A DNA stretch of 64,000 nucleotides, taken from Acidimicrobiia bacterium UBA4744 (GTDB lineage: Bacteria > Actinomycetota > Acidimicrobiia > Spongiisociales > UBA4744). The notes under the pieces are model-generated. The model was not told where the DNA came from and searched no databases. It saw nothing but the letters and a program-made list of their open reading frames with translations. The DNA lies in the NCBI GenBank assembly GCA_002403855.1, contig DHIO01000022.1:38-64037 (forward strand). Direction: 5' to 3'. The translations under genes were made by a program, and so were the position numbers. Every line of letters begins with the position of its first letter. Within the stretch, counting starts at the first letter, position 1. Below, piece after piece: positions 48,980 to 58,220 of this stretch.

Positions 48980-50568
48980 AGGACCACGAGCTCCCCGAGG
49001 GCGACGTCACGCTCCGCGAGCAGGATGCCGAGCCGGGCATCGACCGGCATGCCATCTGGAAGGGTCTGCAACGGCCCGCGGCATTGCGCGGCCTGGCGGT
49101 GCTGGTCGTCGGGGTCGTTGCGCTGGCCGCTCCTCAACTATCCGCCTGGCTGCTGTCGTTGCTCATCGGCATTGCCCTGCTCGTCGCCGGCGGAACCGAC
49201 ACTGTGGCTGCGTTGCGGAGCCGCCCCGTGGCGAGGGCCGATCTGGGCCGGGGGGTGCTCCTGCTCGGAGGCGGGACGGCGCTGCTCGCCCTGCGCCGGA
49301 TCGGTGTAGGCGCTGTGGCAGGGCTGGTCGGCGGCGTCATCGCCATGCGGGGCGTCCTCGATCTCGTCCGGGTGGCCACCCAACAGGACGTCGAGGATCG
49401 CGGTTGGCAGGTGTTGCGCGGCGTAGCTCAAGTACTTCTCGGCGCCCTCATCGCCGTCTCCGAAGGTGACCTGCTCCTCTTTCTGGTCGCGTTGATGGCG
49501 ATCGTGTGGATCATCGCCGGCGGCGTGGCGCTCGCCGAAGAGGTGTCCGTCGCCGACACCGGGAACGTGGTGCTCGACTGGCTGCACCACCGCGACATGG
49601 GCCCGGAGGAACGCAGCGCCGTCATCAACAAGGTGATCTTCGAGGGCGAGGCCGCCCGGGGCAGGATCTCCCGGTTCATCGCTTTGATGGCGTTCTCCAC
49701 GGCCATTGCCACGTTTGGCATCAACGCGGACTCCACTGCGGTGGTCATCGGCGCCATGCTGATCGCGCCGCTGATGACTCCGATCATGGCCACGTCGGCA
49801 TCGATGCTTATGGGTTGGCCGAAGCGGGCGACCCGGTCGCTGTTCCTGGTGGCGGGTGGAATTGCCGTCGCCGTCGCCGGATCGTGGCTCCTTTCGCGTT
49901 ACTTCCCGGTGCTCGAAGTCACGGCCAACTCGCAGATCCTGAGCCGGGTGTCGCCGAACACGGTGGACTTGATGATTGCCTTTGCGGCCGGTGCCGCCGG
50001 CGCGTTCGCGCTTTCCCGGCCCGACGTTTCCGATTCGCTGCCCGGCGTGGCGATCGCGGTAGCGTTGGTCCCGCCGTTGACGGTGATCGGGATCACCCTC
50101 GAGGCGGGGGAGCTCGAGTTCGCGATGGGGGCGACCTTGCTGTTCTTCACGAACCTGGTGGGGGTGATCCTGGCAGCGGGGGTCACGTTCGTCTTCGTCG
50201 GTTTGTCCCCGTGGTTCCATCTCGAAGCGAACCAGCGCGAGATCAATCGCTCGTTCGCCACTGTGGGCGTAGCGTTGCTATTGATCGCGATCCCGCTCTC
50301 GATGGCCGGCGATGAGGTGTTCACGGCGGTGACCAATCAGGGCACGGCGAGCACCGTCGTCGAAGAGTGGCTCGAGTCTGCTCCGGGGTATCGGACGGTT
50401 TCGGTCGCGATCCGAGGGAGCGAGGCCGAGGTGGCGGTCGTGGGATCCGGCCCGCTGCCGGCGCCGGAGAGCCTGGCCGCCGGCTTTGCCGCCGAGTTCG
50501 ACCGTGAGATCACAGTCGACCTGTCGGTGATTCCGGAGGAACGGTTCGAGGTGACCGGCGAGCCGTGA
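48976..50568 (+). CDS. DUF389 family membrane protein with about 190-aa N-terminal multi-TM extension (HdeD/DUF308-like)
   Basis: The C-terminal 340 aa are paralogous to the CDS at 14493..15545 (IGAMLIAPLMTPIMA, VALVPPLTVIGITLE, LLFFTNLVGVILAAGV). The N-terminal 190 aa are four extra TM helices. The ORF track starts at 48910; ATG 48976 is preferred because of the ATGA overlap. Confidence 0.7.
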   Translation: MKDHELPEGDVTLREQDAEPGIDRHAIWKGLQRPAALRGLAVLVVGVVALAAPQLSAWLLSLLIGIALLVAGGTDTVAALRSRPVARADLGRGVLLLGGGTALLALRRIGVGAVAGLVGGVIAMRGVLDLVRVATQQDVEDRGWQVLRGVAQVLLGALIAVSEGDLLLFLVALMAIVWIIAGGVALAEEVSVADTGNVVLDWLHHRDMGPEERSAVINKVIFEGEAARGRISRFIALMAFSTAIATFGINADSTAVVIGAMLIAPLMTPIMATSASMLMGWPKRATRSLFLVAGGIAVAVAGSWLLSRYFPVLEVTANSQILSRVSPNTVDLMIAFAAGAAGAFALSRPDVSDSLPGVAIAVALVPPLTVIGITLEAGELEFAMGATLLFFTNLVGVILAAGVTFVFVGLSPWFHLEANQREINRSFATVGVALLLIAIPLSMAGDEVFTAVTNQGTASTVVEEWLESAPGYRTVSVAIRGSEAEVAVVGSGPLPAPESLAAGFAAEFDREITVDLSVIPEERFEVTGEP

Positions 50569-50835
50569 CGGCGGTTACCGCAGCCAGATCGCAGCGTTCG
50601 ACAGCACCGGCTCGCCGCGTTTCTCGGTAGTGACCGACAAGTCGACGGCCTTCGCGGCGCCCGGCGGGGCGCCGTTGGGGACGGTGTTGCGGAGGGTGCA
50701 GCTGCCGTATCGGTTCTTCGGACCTATCCCCACCACCGCTCACCGATACCCCTCACCGTGTGAACTCAACGACCCCGCCGATCCTCAAGGATCCTCCGGA
50801 TGGCGCCGTACGCGCCTCTCTAGCATGAACGGGCT

Positions 50836-51360
50836 ATGAGGGCGCTCGTTGTGTTCCTGGCGCTTTCGCTGTTGCCGGCCGCGCTAGCCGCCCCGGTCGA
50901 TCCCGGTCAGGGCTTCGCCCCGGTCGAAGACGCGATGGAAGCGCACAGGGTGCTTGGTGTGAGTGTCGCGATTGTCGACGACTTCGAAGTCGTGAACGCC
51001 CGCGGTTCCGGATTCGCCGAGCCGGGTCGTCCCATAAAGACCGACACCCTGTTCCAGGCCGCTTCCCTCAGCAAGCCGATGTCGGCGGTCGTGGCTGCCG
51101 CAGCAGCGCAGGAAGGTCTGGTCGATCTCGACGCCGACGTGGCCGGGATGCTATCGAGTTGGCGGCTTCCTCCGATGCCCTGTGCCGGGCCGATCACGCT
51201 GCGCATGCTGTTCGCCCACCGGGCGGGAACCAACGTCGGCGGCTTCCCCGGGTACCGTCTCGATGAGCAGTTACCGGGTCTCCCCCGGATTCTCAACGGG
51301 GTCCGTGGGCATGGTCAACGCGGGACCGGCCCGCACCTACGCAAGGAGAGACCTCGATAG
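50836..51360 (+). pseudogene. Truncated serine hydrolase (beta-lactamase/transpeptidase-like, class C/esterase family), N-terminal about 170 aa only
   Basis: Signal peptide, then SxxK motif FQAASLSKPM and LRMLFAHRAGT (cf. LRHLLTHTSGL). The reading frame degenerates (NGVRGHGQRGTGPHLRKERPR*) and stops at 51360, abutting the convergent gene. The expected roughly 200 further residues, including the YxN and KTG motifs, are absent. Confidence 0.5.
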
Positions 51361-51371
51361 CGCTACCGTTG

Positions 51372-52034
51372 TCAGTCGGGGATGTCGACCGTTCCCGACA
51401 CGTTGCTATGCCTGATGTCGCCGCTGCCGTCATCGCGGACTACGAAATCACCCCCGACGTCGCTGACCCTGATACCTCCAGAGCCGTCAGATCCGATCCG
51501 GACGTCACCACCCACGTCGGCGACCGAAATATCCCCCGAACCGTCTACTTCGATCTCCACCGTTCCGGCGACATCTCGCAGGTCAAGACCACCCGAACCA
51601 TCGTCGACCACTACCACATCCCCTCTGACGCCCGCCACATCGACTTCACCGGATCCATCGGTGATCCGAACCCCGGCCACGTCACGGATGTCGACACTGC
51701 CGCTGCCATCGTCGATCTCCACTAACACGGAATCGGGGACCGTGACCCTCACGTCGAACTGGCTGTTGCCGTCGGGGGTTCTTGCCTCGATCACGATCTC
51801 GGAACCGCTGGTAGTCACTTCGAATTGAATCTCCGCCAGGTCGCCGGCATTCGACGCACAGGCGGTGCCCTCAGCGTCAATTCCGGTCGCGTCGGGTTGG
51901 CCTTTCACGTCCAGGCTGCCCGCCTCGGCAACGATCCGCACGGTGCTGATTCCTTCCGCAGCAGCAGTGGCGGAACGTCCCGCAGTCTCGTCACAGGGCA
52001 GAACATCACAACCCACCAACAGCACCGACATCAT
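51372..52034 (-). CDS. DUF2807/DUF4097-like beta-solenoid lipoprotein (third paralog in the window)
   Basis: MMSVLLVGC lipobox, then repeated DDGSGxxDxRDV / DGSGDIxV units. The start is uncertain; the ORF track extends to a TTG at 52172. Confidence 0.6.
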   Translation of the reverse strand: MMSVLLVGCDVLPCDETAGRSATAAAEGISTVRIVAEAGSLDVKGQPDATGIDAEGTACASNAGDLAEIQFEVTTSGSEIVIEARTPDGNSQFDVRVTVPDSVLVEIDDGSGSVDIRDVAGVRITDGSGEVDVAGVRGDVVVVDDGSGGLDLRDVAGTVEIEVDGSGDISVADVGGDVRIGSDGSGGIRVSDVGGDFVVRDDGSGDIRHSNVSGTVDIPD

Positions 52035-52362
52035 GACAAGGGCAGCGACCGGGACCCACGCCGGTTTGCCGCGCGGCCCGAGGTCTACCCGATTCTGGGA
52101 CAGCACTTTCCCCTCCTTCCCTCTGCTCCTAGAAACCGTACGATCCCGATCCGGGCGGTGGTAGGGCACCAAGTCATCAAAGACGGCACCTTTGGGTCCC
52201 CTGTGGCTTCGTCCCGATCCGCGTCATCAGACTGCGTTCCGCAATGCACGCGAGCCGTCCGAGCACTCCAAGCCCCGCCCTACATGGGGACGGCCGTCGA
52301 CAGGTGTTCGCAAAGGCCGGTTGGTACTCGCATGGACCGCACCCTACCGGCAGACTAGGTCC

Positions 52363-52896
52363 ATGGCGGTAGCCGCCCTCTTCACCACGGCCGATGCAAC
52401 CCCGGATTGCCTGGGCCAAATCCGGAACCTCTTCTTCACCGCCTTCGACGAGACGTTCACGGAAGAGGATTGGGAGCACACCCTTGGTGGCTGGCATGTT
52501 GTAGTCAAAGAGGGCGGAGCGGTTATCGCTCACGCAGCCGTTGTTCCGCGGGTGCTCGAGGTGGCGGGGTGCCCCTTCTACACGGGGTACGTCGAGGGGG
52601 TCGCCACTCATCCCGACAGACAGCGTCAAGGGCTCGGCTCCCAGACGATGGGGGAAGTTTCCCGACTGCTCCGAAGCGAGTTCGAGATGGGTGCCTTGTC
52701 CACCCGTGTCCAGGGTTTCTATGAACGCCTTGGTTGGAAGCGATGGCAGGGACCCACCTATGTTCGGCAGGGTTCGAGACTGGTCCGTACCGTGAAAGAG
52801 GACGCCGGCGTCATGGTCTTGCCGTTCGGGCCCAGCAAGGAGATCGATCTGTCAGCGTCGATCTCTTGTCAGAGTCGATTGGGCGACGACTGGTAA
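52363..52896 (+). CDS. GNAT N-acetyltransferase, aminoglycoside 2'-N-acetyltransferase AAC(2')-like
   Basis: Collinear with mycobacterial AAC(2')-I: AHAAVVPR, GYVEGVATHPDRQRQGLGS (acetyl-CoA motif A Q/RxxGxG/A) and the C-terminal SCQSRLGDDW ~ MCDWRAGDVW. ATG at 52363. Confidence 0.65.
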   Translation: MAVAALFTTADATPDCLGQIRNLFFTAFDETFTEEDWEHTLGGWHVVVKEGGAVIAHAAVVPRVLEVAGCPFYTGYVEGVATHPDRQRQGLGSQTMGEVSRLLRSEFEMGALSTRVQGFYERLGWKRWQGPTYVRQGSRLVRTVKEDAGVMVLPFGPSKEIDLSASISCQSRLGDDW

Positions 52897-52955
52897 GCAG
52901 ATTGGGAACTCGACGTCGACGCGACCGTCCGGGCCACTTCGGGGACCATGGGTCG

Positions 52956-53678
52956 CTAGGACTCGACTTCCCCCCGCATCAGCGGCGGGGCCATGACGCG
53001 ACCGATGCCGGCGCGATACACCGCTCCGGGTGCGCCGCCCTCCTTCCCCGTGCGGCGCTCGCCGGTCGGTACCACAAAGCCCTTGGTAGCCAGCACCTTT
53101 CGACGGAAGTTGGCCCGGTCGAGCTTCTGGTCCCACACCGCCTCGTAGACGTGCTGAAGCTCTCCGAGGGTGAAGTCCGGGCCGGCCAGGGTGGTGGCGA
53201 GAGTGGTGTACTCCAGCTTCGCCCGCGCTCGTCCGACGGCGGCGTCGAGAACCTCGTGGTGGTCGAACGCCAAGGGCGCGGCCGCTGCCTCGTCGACGCC
53301 GACCCAGTAAGCGGCAGCGGCATCGGTCCCTCCGCTGGGTTCCGCCTGCACGGGCGAGAGGGCAAGGTAGGCGACCGAAACCACCCGCATGCGGGGGTCA
53401 CGGTCGACTGCGCCAAAGGTACCGAGCTGTTCGAGGTGCACGCCGGCGAGCTTGCGGCTCGTCAAGCCGGTCTCTTCGAGCAGTTCGCGCTCGGCGGCGG
53501 CGTCGATCGACTCGTCCGGCAGCACGAACCCGCCGGGTAGCGCCCACCATCCGGCAAACGGGTCGCGGCCACGCTCGATCACGAGCACCTCCAGGCGACT
53601 GGTGACGGTCAACACGACGATGTCGACTGTGACGGCGAACGGAGGGAACGAGCGCGGGTCGTAGTTGGACGATGTCAT
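52956..53678 (-). CDS. NrtR-like protein: Nudix hydrolase domain fused to C-terminal winged-helix (ADP-ribose-responsive regulator of NAD metabolism family)
   Basis: Nudix box GGFVLPDESIDAAAERELLEETGL (GX5EX7REUXEEXGU). The C-terminal FTLGELQHVYEAVWDQKLDRANFRRKVL resembles the NrtR wHTH domain. Its start overlaps the PnuC stop by 4 nt. Confidence 0.7.
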   Translation of the reverse strand: MTSSNYDPRSFPPFAVTVDIVVLTVTSRLEVLVIERGRDPFAGWWALPGGFVLPDESIDAAAERELLEETGLTSRKLAGVHLEQLGTFGAVDRDPRMRVVSVAYLALSPVQAEPSGGTDAAAAYWVGVDEAAAAPLAFDHHEVLDAAVGRARAKLEYTTLATTLAGPDFTLGELQHVYEAVWDQKLDRANFRRKVLATKGFVVPTGERRTGKEGGAPGAVYRAGIGRVMAPPLMRGEVES

Positions 53679-54397
53679 GTCGTTCCCACCTCAGCGGCGG
53701 CCACCCAGCGCCGCAAGCCCACCAAGGCCATCACGAGGAACAGAACGTACAGGGCGGCAAACATGTAGGCCCCGGTCACGAGGTAGAGGACGATGGCCGA
53801 CACGTTGACCGGGAGGATCCACAGCCACCACGACTCGACCTTTTTCCTCGACAGCAACACCATCGCCACCACCGACGCAGCCACGATCGACGCATCCCAG
53901 TACGTGTAGAGAGCTTGATCCCAGCCGGCGTCGAGTAGCGATCCGAAGGCGACCGCAAAAAGTGCTCCGACGGCGACGACGAGAAGGCGGTCGGGATGAG
54001 TGAGCCGTGTCACCCGCAGCTCGGAGTGGTTCTCTCCACCCCGGGTCCATTGGGCCCATGCCCAGAACTGTACCGGCAGGTAGTAGCCCCAGTGCAGCCA
54101 GGTCTGGCCGATCAGGCCGATATCCTGGAAGAACCATCCCATCAGCACCACCGAGAGGATGCCGACCGGCAGCGCCAGCACATTCCGGCGTTGAGTGATC
54201 CAAACAGACCACAGCGAGGTGACGGTGCCGGTGAACTCGACCCAACTGGGTGCGATTCCGGGTGCGAAGCGGCGAGTGGCAAGCCAGTAGACGGCGCCGG
54301 CGGCCAACGAACCCAACGCCGCGATTGCCGCGTGCCGATGCTCCCAAGGACGCCCGAACCAGGGTGCAGCAGCAGCCGCTTCGGTCGCGATGGCCAT
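53675..54397 (-). CDS. pnuC: PnuC-family nicotinamide riboside transporter
   Basis: 240 aa, 7-8 TM, with the characteristic W-rich segment WLHWGYYLPVQFWAWAQW and a similar C-terminal WWLWILPVNV. The operon context fits (NrtR-like downstream, AAA_28-like upstream). Confidence 0.6.
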   Translation of the reverse strand: MAIATEAAAAAPWFGRPWEHRHAAIAALGSLAAGAVYWLATRRFAPGIAPSWVEFTGTVTSLWSVWITQRRNVLALPVGILSVVLMGWFFQDIGLIGQTWLHWGYYLPVQFWAWAQWTRGGENHSELRVTRLTHPDRLLVVAVGALFAVAFGSLLDAGWDQALYTYWDASIVAASVVAMVLLSRKKVESWWLWILPVNVSAIVLYLVTGAYMFAALYVLFLVMALVGLRRWVAAAEVGTT

Positions 54398-54410
54398 GGT
54401 TCGTCTCCTT

Positions 54411-54932
54411 TCAGGTCAGTGTGGGGAAGACCGTGAGCGGCCGCACCAACTCGAGAGCCCGATCGAGGCGCTGCTCGGGTGGGCCGGTCAGCACTGCAAC
54501 TTCGGCTCCCGAGGCTCGAGCGCGCCCGGCCATCGCTTGGTGCATCCAGTGCCGCTGGTGGTCGGATTCCCGGGTTCCGTCCTGCACCCAGTCGAAGTCG
54601 GGGGGAGCAGAGGAGGTATAGGTCGGGCCGTGCTTCCTCAGCGAGCGCGTCGAGATTCTGGTCGCTAGTGAGAGATTCGCTCGAGCCGCGGGGACGAGCC
54701 AGTGGAAGTTGGCGCCGAGATCGTCTCGGAGCATGGTGGCCGAGATTGGGAAACGGGTCCGATCCGGATCGACGAGCACGTGGGTGGCGTCCATCATCCT
54801 GGCCCAGCCATCTCCCCATTGCTCCGACGGCGACCGTAGCCCGGTGGATATGACGCAGTTAGTCTTGCCGGCGACGAATTCGAGCCGGAACCCATGGACG
54901 GTGAGCTCGCCCGGATACCCGGCAGACCCCAT
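54411..54932 (-). CDS. AAA_28 / NadR-like ribosylnicotinamide-kinase-domain protein with atypical or degenerate P-loop
   Basis: The C-terminal half PDFDWVQDGTRESDHQRHWMHQAMA...GAEVAVLTGPPEQRLDRALELV matches the AAA_28 consensus (pwvqDgeR...eelgipyvel...eeRl). The N-terminus lacks a canonical GxxxxGK[ST] (only VAGKT). It cannot extend upstream because the divergent MFS gene starts 82 bp away. Confidence 0.4.
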   Translation of the reverse strand: MGSAGYPGELTVHGFRLEFVAGKTNCVISTGLRSPSEQWGDGWARMMDATHVLVDPDRTRFPISATMLRDDLGANFHWLVPAARANLSLATRISTRSLRKHGPTYTSSAPPDFDWVQDGTRESDHQRHWMHQAMAGRARASGAEVAVLTGPPEQRLDRALELVRPLTVFPTLT

Positions 54933-55014
54933 TCATGGATCCCTCCTCGAGCCTATGGATCTGGATGCCCGTGAGCAAGCACCCACCGATGTCTCTCGAC
55001 AATCAACCTGAGCC

Positions 55015-56184
55015 ATGACCGGGAAACCGCGCCGAGTCGACCAGCTGATCCTCCACTTGGCGGTCGCCGCCAACGCGGTTGGGTTGGGTGTGATCCTCGC
55101 TCTCCTCGCCGACCTGCAGGACGCCTACGCCCTGCCCACGGCCGGTCTCGGTTTGATCGCCGGTTCGAGTTTCGTTGCCGCCTTCTTCGCCTACGTGTGG
55201 TTGTCCCGCTACGCCGACCGGGGCCATGCAAAGGCAATGCTGATTGCCGGCACGTTGCTGGGTGCAGCCGCCCTGATCCTGGCCGCCTATGCGAGGGAAC
55301 TGTGGACCTTCGTTGCCGCCCGGGCGATCCTCGGCCTGGCCGAGGGAGCCTTCGTCCCGGCGGCCAGGCGGGTCGTCCTGGACTGGACCCCGAACAAGCC
55401 GGGTGAAGTTCTGGGACGCATCCTGGCCGCTTCGGTGGCGGGTTTTGCCCTGGGCCCGGTGATCGGTGTCTTGCTCGCCGAGCAATTCGGACTGCAGGTC
55501 CCATTCCTGGCACCGGCGGCCGTCCTGCTGCTGGCCGTCCCGGTGGTCTTCCGGCTGAGAGCGCCCGCCCCCGTCCCCATCAGCGAGGAGAAGCCCACCC
55601 TCAGCCTGCTCCGGAACCGCCTGGTTCTCGCCGGGCTGGCGTTCGGAGCAATCGACTTCGCAACGATCGGTACCGTCGATGCCTTGTGGGCGCGGCTCCT
55701 GACCGACCGCGGCGCTTCCACTGTCTTCGTCGGCGCGAGTTTCACCCTCATGGCCATACCGATGATTGGGCTGGCGCCGGTGTTCGGCCGTTTGGCCGAC
55801 CGCCTGACGCCCACCCGGGTCGGACGGCTGGCCATGTTGCTCGTAGTTCCCGCGCTGTTGGGCTACGGCTGGCTGGAGGCCCCCGTCCTTTTGGCAATCA
55901 CGGGGATTGTGCACGCGGTCGGCATTGCTGCGTTGGCTCCGGCCGGGGCCGCTTTGGTCGCGGCCGGCAGTCCCTTGGACATGGTGGCGCGTGGTCAAGG
56001 TCTGCTGGAGGCGGTCGGTTTCCTGGCCGCTGCGGCCGCCTCGTTTCCGTCCGGGTGGGCGTACGAGACCATCGGGCGGACCACATGGTTCGCCGGAATG
56101 GCGGCCCTCGTTGTTGGCTTGTTCGCCGTCGGGTTGTCGCTAGGGAGTCCGCGAGTGGAAACCGGCGGAAGCCTCCGGGAGTGA
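55015..56184 (+). CDS. MFS transporter (12 TM)
   Basis: 12 TM helices with MFS motif A-like RYADRGHAK between TM2 and TM3 and a second GRLADRLTPTR between TM8 and TM9. Confidence 0.8.
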   Translation: MTGKPRRVDQLILHLAVAANAVGLGVILALLADLQDAYALPTAGLGLIAGSSFVAAFFAYVWLSRYADRGHAKAMLIAGTLLGAAALILAAYARELWTFVAARAILGLAEGAFVPAARRVVLDWTPNKPGEVLGRILAASVAGFALGPVIGVLLAEQFGLQVPFLAPAAVLLLAVPVVFRLRAPAPVPISEEKPTLSLLRNRLVLAGLAFGAIDFATIGTVDALWARLLTDRGASTVFVGASFTLMAIPMIGLAPVFGRLADRLTPTRVGRLAMLLVVPALLGYGWLEAPVLLAITGIVHAVGIAALAPAGAALVAAGSPLDMVARGQGLLEAVGFLAAAAASFPSGWAYETIGRTTWFAGMAALVVGLFAVGLSLGSPRVETGGSLRE

Positions 56185-56225
56185 ACGTAACGGGACGCGA
56201 GCCGGCGACGACTGCCCGACTTCGT

Positions 56226-57098
56226 TCAGAGATTGCCGCCCGAGAAGCCGCCTCCCCCAAGACCCCGTCGCTGCCGGGCTACAAAAGAATTGGCCAGCGC
56301 ATTGGCCGGGAAGTAGTCGCCGGGCACTTGGCCACTCACCGCGAAGTGGTACAGCGCCGCCTGGAAGATCCCGCTCAGTGACGTAACAACGACCACGGCC
56401 ATGGCGATCCACAGCACCCCAATCACAATCGCAACGCCCACGGCCGCTCCGCCGGCCGCAACCCCCAGTGCGATGATCGCAAACGCCGGCAGGGAGACTA
56501 CGAAGCCCAGCAGCCCGAAACCGACCCGAGCGGCCAGGTTCTCGCCCCAGGTCTTCTTGAACAGCGATCCTGAGCGTTTGACGGCGTCGAGAACTCCAAT
56601 GTCCTCTAGGACGAGGATCGGGACCACCAAGAAGGTGACCACCGACCACGCTACCCCGGCCAGGCCGACGACGATCCGGCCCAGGGCCCCGGCTCGCTCT
56701 TCGATTGCTCGCAGGATCATGGACACGGTAGCCGTGACGATTGCCCACGGCAGGATCCGGCCGGCCCGGCGGCCGGCTCCGCGGAGTGCGCTCCCCAGGG
56801 TCGGGTCGCCGCCCGTCAGCCGCTCGTCGGCGGCGTGCACGAGGGCGGCGTTGAAGAAGATCGTCACGAACGAAAGGGTGACGTACATCACACCGAAAAG
56901 GACGTAGTCGACTGGGCCCAGCTCTTCCCCCTCAAAACCGCCGACGGCGAGAATCGGCGCCAGGAAGCCGGCCACCACGATCACCGTCGCCATGGTGGAC
57001 ATGACCGGCAGAAGCAGCAGTTCTCTGTCGGCCTTGAGGACCCTCCACGATGCCTTCGCAAGTTCGATGGTGTTTCGGAACACGAAGACCTCCTCCAA
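56226..57098 (-). CDS. Hypothetical integral membrane protein (6-7 TM)
   Basis: Hydrophobic helices with a short N-terminal cytoplasmic segment. No confident family. Confidence 0.5.
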   Translation of the reverse strand: MEEVFVFRNTIELAKASWRVLKADRELLLLPVMSTMATVIVVAGFLAPILAVGGFEGEELGPVDYVLFGVMYVTLSFVTIFFNAALVHAADERLTGGDPTLGSALRGAGRRAGRILPWAIVTATVSMILRAIEERAGALGRIVVGLAGVAWSVVTFLVVPILVLEDIGVLDAVKRSGSLFKKTWGENLAARVGFGLLGFVVSLPAFAIIALGVAAGGAAVGVAIVIGVLWIAMAVVVVTSLSGIFQAALYHFAVSGQVPGDYFPANALANSFVARQRRGLGGGGFSGGNL

Positions 57099-57234
57099 CG
57101 CGTCGTTGTTTCCGACCGATCATGCCACAACGCCCTGCGACACGCAGCAGACCTCCGGCGATTCTCGTCCCAGCTCGAGGGCTTCCGGTTACGTGGCAAA
57201 GGCCCGGTTCTGGACGTCGGCCGGCCTGGACGGG

Positions 57235-57960
57235 TCATTTTCCCGAGGCGAACAGCAGGGCCGTTGCTCGAAAGGCCGCAACCAGGAAGAACCCAAAAGA
57301 GATCGTGACCACAGGAATGAACCACGCTCGTGTCCGTGCGGGATCAGGGAGGGTGTACTTCCAGGAGGGGTGTAAGGGCTCGGCCACCAATCCGGGAGGG
57401 TCGGGCTGGTCGATGAGACTTCGATCGGGTTGGCAGGTCACATAGTTGCTGCGCTTCACCACTCCACCCACCCTATGGCCGGATCGCCAGGTCATGCCGT
57501 AGCAGTCACCGTCAAAGACCCCGGTGAGTCCCAGCTTGAGACGGCCACCATGCTCGAAGGAGCTGCCTTCGATACCATCGAACATCTGGTCGACGCCGTC
57601 GATGTCGACCTGACCCGTCTCGACTGCCAGCCGGGCTTCGTCGAACCGATCGGCCACGGCACGGGCGGGTGGATACTCGGGGTTCGGCTCGGTCCGCCCC
57701 ATCGCTGCTGCCGCTAGAACCGCCAGGGAGACTCCAGCAACCACCAGGTATGCGACAAGCCGGCGTCGCAGGCCATGTCGTCGATGCAAGCCTCTTGCCG
57801 CTTGTTCGGCGGCGGTCCTGGTCGGGTAGAAGCCGACAGCCCGGCCGCCGGCGATGAGCTGCCAACGACCCGGCGCGTCCAATCGGATGGTGTACGCCCC
57901 GGCGCTCTCACCTTCGTCGTCCTCCTGCCAGACAAGCAGGGGCGTCGGCTGGCGACTCAT
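57235..57960 (-). CDS. Hypothetical membrane-anchored protein (single TM)
   Basis: The start is uncertain (MSRQPTPLL at 57960, or MAGAHG at about 58014). One TM (LVAYLVVAGVSLAVLAAAA), then an extracytoplasmic domain and a C-terminal second hydrophobic segment. Confidence 0.4.
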   Translation of the reverse strand: MSRQPTPLLVWQEDDEGESAGAYTIRLDAPGRWQLIAGGRAVGFYPTRTAAEQAARGLHRRHGLRRRLVAYLVVAGVSLAVLAAAAMGRTEPNPEYPPARAVADRFDEARLAVETGQVDIDGVDQMFDGIEGSSFEHGGRLKLGLTGVFDGDCYGMTWRSGHRVGGVVKRSNYVTCQPDRSLIDQPDPPGLVAEPLHPSWKYTLPDPARTRAWFIPVVTISFGFFLVAAFRATALLFASGK

Positions 57961-58220
57961 TCGACCTCGATAGCGGGTCTCCTTCAACGATACCGCCCCA
58001 TGAGCTCCTGCCATCGAAGCCCAACGGCGTTCAGGCCACCGAGGCCGGAGCACCCGCCAACTGCAGCCAAGCAGCGTCCCGTGCGGTTGACGAGGGTCTG
58101 AGCCCTGGCCGGCGAATCTGATCGTTCGAGATCAGGGTGATCGGCTCGGAGGCAGACGCACGGGTGGCTCTTCCTGGACCACCCCAAGGCGCCGCCCGCT
58201 ACTCGCGTATCGTTGGCGAG

